Below, in pieces: positions 34,518-43,043 of a stretch of 64,000 nucleotides of DNA; positions within the stretch are counted from its first letter, which is position 1; each line of letters begins with the position of its first letter. A model generated the notes under the pieces. That model worked only from the letters and a program-made list of their open reading frames with translations, was not told where the DNA came from and did not search any database. The position numbers and the translations under genes are program-made. The DNA lies in NCBI GenBank assembly GCA_050692055.1, contig JBOGTC010000155.1, positions 11,798 through 75,797 of the forward strand. Direction: 5' to 3'. The stretch is from Candidatus Limnocylindria bacterium. Its GTDB lineage: Bacteria > Chloroflexota > Limnocylindria > QHBO01.

Positions 34518-37065
34518 GATGCAGGAAGGCGACCATCTGGCCCCGCGTGACGGCGGCGTTCGGGCAGTATCGGGTCCCGCCGCAGCCGCTCGTGACGCCG
34601 GCGGCCGCGACGCGGTTGATGTTGTCCTCGTGGATGCTCGCGTTGTCATCGGTGAAATAGTCGCGTCCCGTCGCGCCATAGTCGAAAGCGCGCGCCAGGA
34701 AGGAGGCCATCTCGGCTCGCGTCACCGCGTGGGTGGGGCAGAAGCGGCCTGCGCTGCAGCCGGTGGTGATGCCCGAGGCGGCCAGGCGGTTGATGTCGCC
34801 ATGGTGGATGCTGCGCCCGTCATCGGTGTAGAAATCGCGGCCGGTGGCCGGCAGGCCGAGCGCGCGAACGAGGAAGCTCGCCATCTGCTCGCGAGTCACG
34901 GGCGCATCCGGGCAGAAGCGGGTGCCGCCACAGCCGGTGGTGATGCCCTCGCGCAGCGCCCAGAGGATGTCCGCGCGGAACATGGAGCCCTCGATGTCGG
35001 TGAACGGGTCGCTGATGAGCCAGGCGATGGCATACGGCTCGGAGGACGCGTCGAATCGGTCGTGCGTGACGCGGGCGGTCATCGTGCCGGACCGCGACGC
35101 CACGATGTCGACGACCTCGTAGTTGTTGTCGAACGAGTAGGAGCCGACCACGCGGCCGCCGGGTTCCGTGACGCGCAGGTCGAGGTCCGCCGTGAGCGCG
35201 TTCGCCTTTGACAGGTTGCTGGAGCCGGAGGTATGGCTGCTCCAGGCGAGCACCACCCGCACGCGTTGCCCGGTCGTCACCGCGATCTCCCTCGTCACCG
35301 TCTGCCCGCGGCTCATGGTTCCGACGACGTAGTCACCCCACTCGTTGTTGCTCGACAGCATCCGGTTCGACAGCCGGGCGGACACGGTGCCCACGCCCTC
35401 GTGATCGGTGTTGACCGATCCGTTCGGCATCGGCGTGCGTCGGGTGGCGCCGGCCATGATCAGCGCGCGCACCGCCTCCGGCCAGCTGAGCAGCGTGGCG
35501 TCACGGGCCACGAGCTGGGCGGCGACCCCGGCCACGATGGGTGCGGCGACGCTCGTCCCGCTGCCGATCATGCCGTTCGCCGTCCGCACATTGACTGATG
35601 GCGCGGAGACGTTCGGCTTGTTGAAGTCGCCATGCCGATTCCACGCCGTGCCGGACGGGTCGCGGTAGCTGGCGCCGTTGGAGCCGGGGTAATACCACAG
35701 CCGGTCGTCCGAGGTCGAGGAGGTCCCGCGGTCGTCGATGCCGCCCACGGTCAGGACGTTCCAGCCGGTGCCCGGCGAGAGGACGTCCCAGTGCCCGAAC
35801 GTGCCGTAGTTGCCGGACGAACCGACCACGACGCGATTGTCCTCCCAGCCGATGGAGTCGAAGTAGCGCCGCCCCTCCTCCGAGCCAACCGCGGTGTCCT
35901 GGGCGATGCTGGTGTTCACGATGTCCGCGTCCCCGCCGGATGGCGAGACCGCCCAGTCCGCCGCCGCGATGATCGCGCGGTCGGTCGTCACGCTGGGCGA
36001 GTAGCCGCCGGTCCCTGCGCTCACGATGTCGGCGCCCGGTGCGACGCCACGCCACGTTCCGTTCAAGCTGGCGACGGCGCCGGCCACCCAGGTGGGATGG
36101 TTCGCACCTCCCGAGGCGTAGGCCAGCCGTCCGCTCGTGCTGTACGACTTGACGACCTGCCCGGCCAGGTCGCCGGTGGTGTGGACGTTGTGGTACTCGA
36201 CCACGGCGACCCGGCTGCCGTTGCCCTGGTCGCCGCTGCCGCTGGTCCAGTTGGCGCCGACGGCCGCGCCGGCCGTCGCCATCGTCGACTCCGAACCCTG
36301 CTCCAGGCCCAGGCTCAGCACGTCTGCTCGCTCGGCCAGCTCGGTCATCGCGCCGGCGGGCAGATCGGCGAACAGGAGCGGCGCCGATGTGCTGGCGTAG
36401 GCGACGGTGCCGCCGAGCTCCCCGATCCGCGCCTCGACCCCGGCGCGGGCCTCGTCGTAGATGGCGCGTCGAGCCTCCCACAGCTCGGCGCGGATGGCGC
36501 GCGCGGAGTCCATGGTCGTGGCCATGGGACGCTCACCGACCCAGGTGAGCTCCGGATGTCGGTCCCGGACGGCCTGCTCGGCGGCGGCCGTATCGGCCTC
36601 GACCCAGATCGCGACCGGGAGCTGCCGGTCGGCATCATCCGCGACCGGGAGCTGCCGGTCGGCATCATCCGCGACCGCGGCCTGGAGCGCGCTGTCGGCC
36701 TTGCGGGCCAGCGGCGCCATGGCGGCGGCCGCCGCAGCGGCTCGCTCGGCCAGGAGCTCCGGGCCACCCACCTTGCCATCCGGCATCACGTACACGGAGT
36801 GCACCGTCCCGGTCGTCTCGTCCACGAGCTTGCCGGCCCAGAACCCGTCCTCCGCGGCGGTCGTCGATGGGCTCGTCGGTTCGTGGACGATCTGGAGGTC
36901 ATTCGGCGCTCGGCCGAGCTCCTCGGCGAGGTGTCGTGCGGCTCGCTCCGCCTCTGGCTCTGCGGCCCGGACCTGCACCGGTCCGGCAAGGACCGATGCG
37001 ACGAGCCCCAGCGAGAGACAGGCCCCGGCCGTTCGTCTCAGGAGCGTGACGCGTCCGCGATGCAT
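34501..37065 (-). CDS. Secreted subtilisin-like (S8) protease with three C-terminal SLH-like repeats
   Basis: Signal peptide. NHPTWVAG (His), SSGNYG (oxyanion Asn), SGTSVAAPIVAG (Ser). Three repeats of F.D......I..L...GIT.GC....FCP...VTR.QMA.FL.RA. Confidence 0.8.
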   Translation of the reverse strand: MHRGRVTLLRRTAGACLSLGLVASVLAGPVQVRAAEPEAERAARHLAEELGRAPNDLQIVHEPTSPSTTAAEDGFWAGKLVDETTGTVHSVYVMPDGKVGGPELLAERAAAAAAAMAPLARKADSALQAAVADDADRQLPVADDADRQLPVAIWVEADTAAAEQAVRDRHPELTWVGERPMATTMDSARAIRAELWEARRAIYDEARAGVEARIGELGGTVAYASTSAPLLFADLPAGAMTELAERADVLSLGLEQGSESTMATAGAAVGANWTSGSGDQGNGSRVAVVEYHNVHTTGDLAGQVVKSYSTSGRLAYASGGANHPTWVAGAVASLNGTWRGVAPGADIVSAGTGGYSPSVTTDRAIIAAADWAVSPSGGDADIVNTSIAQDTAVGSEEGRRYFDSIGWEDNRVVVGSSGNYGTFGHWDVLSPGTGWNVLTVGGIDDRGTSSTSDDRLWYYPGSNGASYRDPSGTAWNRHGDFNKPNVSAPSVNVRTANGMIGSGTSVAAPIVAGVAAQLVARDATLLSWPEAVRALIMAGATRRTPMPNGSVNTDHEGVGTVSARLSNRMLSSNNEWGDYVVGTMSRGQTVTREIAVTTGQRVRVVLAWSSHTSGSSNLSKANALTADLDLRVTEPGGRVVGSYSFDNNYEVVDIVASRSGTMTARVTHDRFDASSEPYAIAWLISDPFTDIEGSMFRADILWALREGITTGCGGTRFCPDAPVTREQMASFLVRALGLPATGRDFYTDDGRSIHHGDINRLAASGITTGCSAGRFCPTHAVTRAEMASFLARAFDYGATGRDYFTDDNASIHEDNINRVAAAGVTSGCGGTRYCPNAAVTRGQMVAFLHRALGS
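36611..36670. repeat. Perfect 30-bp in-frame tandem duplication inside the protease gene
   Basis: gcgaccgggagctgccggtcggcatcatcc occurs twice back to back, encoding DDADRQLPVA x2. Confidence 0.95.
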
Positions 37066-37175
37066 GGCCTCTTCCTGCGCGCTCTCGCGTATGACATTGT
37101 CACACGCGCCTATGCCTCCATGGTTGGCGGATGCGGCACGCTGGTCAATGGGAGTTCGGTGGTAGCCTTTCGGCC

Positions 37176-38312
37176 ATGGTCACCCTGGCGCCCGAGGGGG
37201 CGAGCTTCAGCACCGAGGTGCATCTCGAGCGGCTCGAGCGCGCATCGGCCTCGGCGGCGGATCGCGCCATCGATGCGCTGCTCATCACGCCCTCCCGCGA
37301 TTACGCGTACCTCCTCGGCTACAACCCGCCTGCCCTCGAGCGCCTTACCTGCCTGGTGGTGCGCGCCGATGGTGAGCCCGCATTGGTCGTGCCGCGCCTC
37401 GAGGAGGCGCTCGCGCGCCACGAGCTCGGCGACGTCGGAGACGCGCTCGCGATCCACGCCTGGGACGAGACCGACGACCCCTATCGGCTGGTTGCCTCGC
37501 TCGTCGGCGGGGCCCTGCGCGTGGCCGTGCAGGACCAGATGTGGGCCCGATTCACGCTGCGCCTGCGTGCCGCTCTCGACCCGGCCGAGGTCGTCGAGGC
37601 AGGGCATGCCATGAGCGCGCTGCGGCGGACCAAGAGTCCCGACGAGATCGAGCGACTACGTGTCGCGGCTCGTGCCGCCGACCAGGCGATGACCGCCATC
37701 ACGGCCGAACGACTCGCGGGTCGGACAGAGGCCGAGGTGAGTGGCCGCATCCGCCAGCTGCTGCTGGAAGCCGGCCACGACACGGCCGAGTTCGGCATTG
37801 TCGCCTCGGGCCCGAACTCGGCGAGCCCGCACCACGTCCCCGGGAAGCGTGTCATCGAGGCCGGTGACGCAGTCGTGCTCGACATCGGTGGCACCCGGGC
37901 CGGCTATGCCTCGGATACGTCGCGCACCGCCTTCGTCGGCGAGGCCCCGGCCGACTTCGCCGCGCTGTACGCCGTGCTGCAACGCGCGCAGGACGCGGCC
38001 TGCGAGGCGGTCCGGCCCGGCCTCGCCTGCGCGGAGCTCGATGCCGTGGCGCGCGCCATCATCGCCGATGCGGGATACGGCGAGGCCTTCATTCATCGCA
38101 CCGGCCACGGGATCGGCATGGAGGTCCACGAGGAGCCTTACATCGTCGCCTCGAATCCCGACCCGCTTGTCGCCGGACACGTGTTCAGCGTCGAGCCGGG
38201 GATCTACATCCGCGGGCAGTGGGGCGCCCGGATCGAGGACATCGTCGTCTGCACCGATACGGGCGGTGAGCGCCTCAATCTCACCTCCCGCGACCTGTAC
38301 ATCGTGGACTGA
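37176..38312 (+). CDS. M24 family Xaa-Pro aminopeptidase/dipeptidase
   Basis: Pita-bread metal ligand contexts (VLDIGG, DTSRT, HRTGHGIGMEVHEEP, SVEPGIY). Start at ATG 37176. Confidence 0.8.
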   Translation: MVTLAPEGASFSTEVHLERLERASASAADRAIDALLITPSRDYAYLLGYNPPALERLTCLVVRADGEPALVVPRLEEALARHELGDVGDALAIHAWDETDDPYRLVASLVGGALRVAVQDQMWARFTLRLRAALDPAEVVEAGHAMSALRRTKSPDEIERLRVAARAADQAMTAITAERLAGRTEAEVSGRIRQLLLEAGHDTAEFGIVASGPNSASPHHVPGKRVIEAGDAVVLDIGGTRAGYASDTSRTAFVGEAPADFAALYAVLQRAQDAACEAVRPGLACAELDAVARAIIADAGYGEAFIHRTGHGIGMEVHEEPYIVASNPDPLVAGHVFSVEPGIYIRGQWGARIEDIVVCTDTGGERLNLTSRDLYIVD

Positions 38313-38342
38313 GCAGACGCGCCGCGGCAGGCGGGATTGGTG

Positions 38343-38365
38343 GACTTAGCCAACCTGGCTAAGTC
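38343..38365. terminator. Hairpin GACTTAGCC-aacct-GGCTAAGTC between convergent genes
   Basis: Perfect 9-bp stem with a 5-nt loop. No clear U-tract. Confidence 0.35.
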
Positions 38366-38392
38366 AGGCAGCCAGACGAGATTGCTCTTCGG

Positions 38393-39049
38393 CTACCGAC
38401 GCTCACGGTGGGAGCTGACGAGGGCGACCAGCACCTGGTCGATCGCGGCGTTGGCCTCGTGGAAAGCGGTCGTCACGTCGGAGACCTCTGCCGCGCGACG
38501 GCGGAGATGGCCGGTGATCGCGTCGAGAACCGGAGAGCGGAAGAAGAGGAACGCCTCGACCGTCTCGGCCAGCGAGAGACCCGCCTTCGAGGCCTCGGCG
38601 CCGTAGAGCGAGCCCATCTTCTCGGCCTCCTCCAGGAGCAGCTGTCGCTCGGCCTTTCTGGAGGCTGCCACGTACTCGATGACCAGGTTGAAGGTGCGCT
38701 GCCCCCAGCGGCGGAAGTCGTCTCGCTGGTCGGCGGAGAGACGCGCCTGCCACGGCTGGCCCGAGTACCCGGTGCGCTGCATGCGCCGATGCAGCTCGCC
38801 GACCATGGTCTGCGCCGAGTCGGGCAGCCGCTCCATCCCGTACCGATGTCGCCGCGGCGCATTGATCATCGCCTCCAGGCTGGAGCGCAGGAAGCGGCGG
38901 TGCCCGCCGGGAGTCTGGTAGCTCTGCACCTTGGCGCTGTCGGCCCAACGGCGAAGGGTGTCCGGCCCCACGCCGACGAGGCGCGAGGCAGCGCCCAAGG
39001 GGAGCCATGGGTCGTCCGGGTCAGTGGCGGGTGGCTTGCGATCGGGCAC
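38393..39049 (-). CDS. HTH (MerR/excisionase-type) DNA-binding protein with a helical C-terminal domain
   Basis: N-terminus WLPLGAASRLVGVGPDTLRRWADSAKV is an HTH_17-like motif. Confidence 0.6.
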   Translation of the reverse strand: MPDRKPPATDPDDPWLPLGAASRLVGVGPDTLRRWADSAKVQSYQTPGGHRRFLRSSLEAMINAPRRHRYGMERLPDSAQTMVGELHRRMQRTGYSGQPWQARLSADQRDDFRRWGQRTFNLVIEYVAASRKAERQLLLEEAEKMGSLYGAEASKAGLSLAETVEAFLFFRSPVLDAITGHLRRRAAEVSDVTTAFHEANAAIDQVLVALVSSHRERR

Positions 39050-39090
39050 GGCGGCTCTCGAGAAACCTCCGAAATCTGTGACTTGCGCCT

Positions 39091-39120
39091 ACGCTAGCGA
39101 TTGGGCCAGGTCCGCGTCAA
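39091..39120 (-). promoter_or_regulatory. Sigma-70-like promoter TTGACG-N18-TAGCGT for the HTH protein gene
   Basis: Minus strand reads TTGACGcggacctggcccaatcgcTAGCGT. Confidence 0.4.
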
Positions 39121-39128
39121 ATCCGCCG

Positions 39129-39650
39129 TCAGGTGCCGGCCTGGAGCTCCGGGTTCAGCTCCGCCCCCACGAGCGTAGCCGCGACCGTGGCGTATCGGTC
39201 CAGGATCAGCGGCCAGCCGATCTCGGCGGCGAGGGCGTCGCGGTACCCGGCGCCGCCCGGGCCATGACGCTCGAAGCCGCGATGCTCGAGCTCGATCCGC
39301 GTGCCGCCGTCATCGGGCTCGAACCGGATCTCGACCTCGCTGGCGCGAGCCGGGTTCGGTTCCGGGACGCGGTCCGGGGCGATCTGCCAGCTGACGACGA
39401 GGCGGCTGCCGGGCTCCCAGGTGGTGACGCGGCCCCAGCTCGAGGAGAAGCCGAGCGGTCCGTGCTCGTAGAGCAGCCCGCCGGGCCGTGGCTCCATGCC
39501 GATCGACTCGAGCACGTCGCCGGACCAGGTGTACTCGCGCGGCCACCAGGTCCCGAACCGGTCGGTGAAGGCGCGAAATGCCGCCTCGGGCGGCAGCGGC
39601 ACCCGCACGCCGAGCCGGATCGGCTCGACAGTGGCGGCGGGCGCCGGCAT
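39129..39650 (-). CDS. SRPBCC / AHSA1-like domain protein
   Basis: 173-aa ORF with typical START/AHSA1-like N-terminal wording (AFRAFTDRFGTWWP). Confidence 0.7.
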   Translation of the reverse strand: MPAPAATVEPIRLGVRVPLPPEAAFRAFTDRFGTWWPREYTWSGDVLESIGMEPRPGGLLYEHGPLGFSSSWGRVTTWEPGSRLVVSWQIAPDRVPEPNPARASEVEIRFEPDDGGTRIELEHRGFERHGPGGAGYRDALAAEIGWPLILDRYATVAATLVGAELNPELQAGT

Positions 39651-39653
39651 CGA

Positions 39654-41084
39654 TCAGCCGCCCCGCAGCTTCTTGGGAGCAACGGCCCCGAGCTCGGCCC
39701 ACAGGTGGACCAGCGAGGCCATGCCGTCACGCACGTTCCGGAGCGGCATCCACTCGTTGGGCGCGTGGAAGTTTCCATTGGGCGAGGCGAAGCCGACCAT
39801 CACCGTCTTCAGGCCGAGCTGTGCGTCGAGCGCCGCCACGACCGGGATCGATCCGCCTGAGCGGGTGAAGAGCGGCTTCTTCCCGAAGCCCGCCTCCAGC
39901 GCGCGCGAGGCCAGGGCCACGGCCGGGTGGTCGAGCGGCGTGATGGCGGGGGCGCCACCATGGATGATCTTGACCTCCGCGCGCACGGTGGACGGCGCGA
40001 TCGACTCGAGGTGCGACTTCACCTGGCGCTCGATCTCGCGATGGTCCTGGTTCGGCACCAGCCGCGTGCTGAACTTGGCCGCGGCCCAGGCCGGGATGAT
40101 CGTCTTGGCGCCCTCGCCCTGGTAGCCGCCCCAGATGCCGTTGATATCGAAGGTGGGACGCGCGGAGAGCCGCTCGGCGAGGGGATACCCACGCTCGCCT
40201 TCCGAGGCCTCCGGGACGCCGATCCCGGAGCGCCACTCCTCCTCGTCGAAGGGCACGGCCGCATGGGCGGCACGCTCCTCATCGGTCAGCTCGGCGACGC
40301 GATCGTAGAAGCCGGGGACCGTGAAGCGACCCTCGCCGTCCTGCAGCGAGGCGAGGAGACGAACGAGGACGTTCGCCGGGTTGTCGACCCCGCCTCCGAA
40401 CTGCCCGGAATGGATGTCGTGGGCGGGTCCGGAGACGCGCATCTCCCAGTAGGCGATGCCGCGCAGCCCGTAGCCGATTGCCGGCGTGCCGTCGTCGTCG
40501 ACGATGTCGCCGTCGCTCACCACGCAGAAGTCCGCCTTGATCAGCTCGGAGTGATCGGTGATGAATTGCTCGACCGGCTCGGAGCCGACCTCCTCGTCGC
40601 CCTCGAAGAGGAATCGCAGGTTCAGTGGCAGGCGGCCTGCCGTCGCCAGCCAGGCCTCCGCCGCCTTGAGATGCATGAAGAGCTGACCCTTGTCGTCGCC
40701 GGCCCCACGGGCGTACACGCGCTCGTCCTCGTGGCGCGGCTCGAACGGGGGTCGTACCCACTCGTCGAGCGGATCCGGCGGCTGGACGTCGTAATGGCAG
40801 TAGATCAGCACGGTGGGCGCATCCGGGCCGGCGCCCATCCACTCGGCGGTGACGATCGGATGGTGGCTCGTCTCGTGGACCGTAGCCCTGTCGATGCCGA
40901 TACGGGTCAGCTCGCCGGCGATCCACTCCGCTGCGCGCCGGACCTCGCCGGCGCGATCCGGATCGGCGCTGACGGATTCGATGCGCAGGAAGTCGTCGAG
41001 CTGTGCGAGGTGCTCGGCATGGTGATCGCGCAGGTGGGCGAGGGCGGCCTCGGTGGCCGCGGAGGTGTCGGTCAGAGTGGTCAT
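39654..41084 (-). CDS. M20 family dipeptidase
   Basis: HYDVQP and GAGDDKG metal-site contexts. Start at ATG 41084 (MTTLTDTS...). Confidence 0.85.
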   Translation of the reverse strand: MTTLTDTSAATEAALAHLRDHHAEHLAQLDDFLRIESVSADPDRAGEVRRAAEWIAGELTRIGIDRATVHETSHHPIVTAEWMGAGPDAPTVLIYCHYDVQPPDPLDEWVRPPFEPRHEDERVYARGAGDDKGQLFMHLKAAEAWLATAGRLPLNLRFLFEGDEEVGSEPVEQFITDHSELIKADFCVVSDGDIVDDDGTPAIGYGLRGIAYWEMRVSGPAHDIHSGQFGGGVDNPANVLVRLLASLQDGEGRFTVPGFYDRVAELTDEERAAHAAVPFDEEEWRSGIGVPEASEGERGYPLAERLSARPTFDINGIWGGYQGEGAKTIIPAWAAAKFSTRLVPNQDHREIERQVKSHLESIAPSTVRAEVKIIHGGAPAITPLDHPAVALASRALEAGFGKKPLFTRSGGSIPVVAALDAQLGLKTVMVGFASPNGNFHAPNEWMPLRNVRDGMASLVHLWAELGAVAPKKLRGG

Positions 41085-41090
41085 GCCGGA

Positions 41091-41096
41091 ATGATA
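41091..41096 (-). promoter_or_regulatory. -10 box TATCAT, 6 nt upstream of the M20 peptidase ATG (leaderless layout)
   Basis: Minus strand reads cTATCATtccggcATG. Confidence 0.4.
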
Positions 41097-41145
41097 GGCC
41101 GATCCGCGGCTGCAACCGGGGGCCGCCGGGCAGCGTCTCGCTGGC

Positions 41146-41709
41146 ATGGCCGGCCTTCGGATCCTCAACGCGCGCCTCTTCCTCTCGTTGCTGCTCGCCA
41201 TGTCAGCCCTGTTGCTGCCCGTCGAGCGGGTGACGGCGTGCAGCTGCGCGATGTCGACGCCAGAGGAGGAGGCGGCCCGATCCGATGCTGTCTTCAGCGG
41301 TACCGTGGTGGCCACCGAGCAGGTCCCGAATGTCGGTGTGCCGGCCGGATCCGACGAGCCAACGACGATCTACACCTTCGCGGTCGACGGGGTCGTGCGC
41401 GGTACCGTTGGATCGCAGCATCCGGTGCTCGCAGGGGGCGATGGAGCCAGCTGCGGCATGAGCTTCGGCATGGATGAGCGCTGGCTCGTGTTCGCCATCT
41501 ACGACGGCCCCATGCTCACGACCGGCCTGTGCAACGGCAATCTACCGCTCCCTGCTGACGAGGAACCACCCCTGCCGATCTCGACGCCGGTGGAATCAGC
41601 CCCCGAGCCGGAGGGCTTGAATGTGCCATTGCCGGTTGTGCTGAGTCTCGGCGCCGTCGCGCTGCTGGCGATCGTGTCGCTGTGGGTCTTCCGACGTGCC
41701 GAGCGCTGA
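41146..41709 (+). CDS. Secreted/anchored protein with an N-terminal CSC motif (TIMP/NTR-like candidate) and a C-terminal TM helix
   Basis: Signal peptide ends VTA|CSC, followed by DAVFSGTVVA. Cys at mature positions 1, 3, 72 and 98. C-terminal hydrophobic anchor plus RRAER. Confidence 0.5.
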   Translation: MAGLRILNARLFLSLLLAMSALLLPVERVTACSCAMSTPEEEAARSDAVFSGTVVATEQVPNVGVPAGSDEPTTIYTFAVDGVVRGTVGSQHPVLAGGDGASCGMSFGMDERWLVFAIYDGPMLTTGLCNGNLPLPADEEPPLPISTPVESAPEPEGLNVPLPVVLSLGAVALLAIVSLWVFRRAER

Positions 41710-41742
41710 GCTGGCGCGCGACGACGAGCGACGGGGCGCGAG

Positions 41743-42018
41743 CTACCCGAAGACGCCGAAGACGAACCCGAAGAAGAGAGCCAGGGCGATGGCCGGAACG
41801 AAGCTGGCCGCGCGCAGGAATGCAGGCCAGCGGGGATCGGCCAGGAACGCGTAGGCCGGGATGCTGGCCGGAAAGAGCAGCACCGCCGCCGACCATCCGA
41901 TGCGGCTCCGCACGCTCAGGTCGGGCCGCTCCTGGATGTCGAGCCAGTAGGCGCCGATCATGATGAAGCCGGCCACGGCGCTCACGGCGAACAGGGTCCA
42001 GATCAGGGGCAGCAGCAT
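41743..42018 (-). CDS. Small membrane protein (91 aa)
   Basis: Three hydrophobic segments with coding-like GC3. Confidence 0.5.
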   Translation of the reverse strand: MLLPLIWTLFAVSAVAGFIMIGAYWLDIQERPDLSVRSRIGWSAAVLLFPASIPAYAFLADPRWPAFLRAASFVPAIALALFFGFVFGVFG

Positions 42019-42178
42019 CGCGGACCGATGCTAGCAGTCGTCCGCAGATCGCCCTGAGCGGCCGCGGCGGCGCTCGACAACCCCAGCCGCTCGGCCCACG
42101 CCCACGCCCCGCCTCAGTGGCAACAGCGGCGCCAACCGACGATGCAGCAGCGCATGCCCGCCGGCCGGTTAGCGTGGG

Positions 42179-42988
42179 CTACTCCCCCGGCTGTGCCCGG
42201 CGCCGCGCGACGTCGTCGGCGCCGTTGAGCAGATCGGTCAGGAAGGAGAGCGGCCGGCGACGGGGAACCGGCGGCTCATACTGTGGCAGCAGCGCCGCCA
42301 CGCCTTCGCGGATCCGCTCCTCGAGGGCGGCGCGGGCCTCGCGTCCGCGGGCGCCCGATGTGGGAATCGGCACTCCGAAGCGAACGATGATGCGCCTGCG
42401 GAACCAGAGGTCGGTCGACCCGATGGTGGCGCACGGCACGATCGGCACGCCCGACGCGGAGGCGAACGCCGCGGCGCCCTCCTCGAACGGCAGCAGCTCG
42501 GACTCGCGGAAGCCGATCCGCCCCTCGGCAAAGATCCCGAGCACGCCCTCCGCGGCGAAGACGCGACGCACCGCCCGAACTGCCGAGGTGAGCGACGTCT
42601 TCTCCGGGTTGTAGGGGATCATGCCGCCGAAGAAGGCCATCACCCGGTTCTTGAAGCCGCGGCTGAAGTCCGCCTCCTTCGGCCCGAACCAGGTGATGCG
42701 CGGCTCGAGCGGCGCGACCGCCATCACCAGCATCGGATCGAAGCCGTTGTGGTGGTTGGCGACGAGCTGGAAGGGTGGGGCGGGCCATCTGTCCAGGCCC
42801 TGCGCCCGAAGGTCGAACAGGAGCCGCATGACGGCGCGGCTCAGCCTCCATTCGAGCCGATAGCGCCAGGTGACGCGCACGCTGAGCTCGCGCGGCCCGG
42901 TGCGGCGGACCTGGTCGGCGGCCGCGCTCACGAGACGCACCGCGAAGGCGGGCAGCCCGAACCGCACCGGTGTGCAAGACACCTGCAC
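42179..42988 (-). CDS. 1-acyl-sn-glycerol-3-phosphate acyltransferase (PlsC family)
   Basis: HX4D motif NHHNGFD and FAEGRIG block. Start position uncertain. Confidence 0.75.
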   Translation of the reverse strand: MQVSCTPVRFGLPAFAVRLVSAAADQVRRTGPRELSVRVTWRYRLEWRLSRAVMRLLFDLRAQGLDRWPAPPFQLVANHHNGFDPMLVMAVAPLEPRITWFGPKEADFSRGFKNRVMAFFGGMIPYNPEKTSLTSAVRAVRRVFAAEGVLGIFAEGRIGFRESELLPFEEGAAAFASASGVPIVPCATIGSTDLWFRRRIIVRFGVPIPTSGARGREARAALEERIREGVAALLPQYEPPVPRRRPLSFLTDLLNGADDVARRRAQPGE

Positions 42989-43043
42989 ACCGGCAGGACG
43001 GCGCTTACTGGCCGCTTATCACGCGATCCGATCGCGGTCAGGT

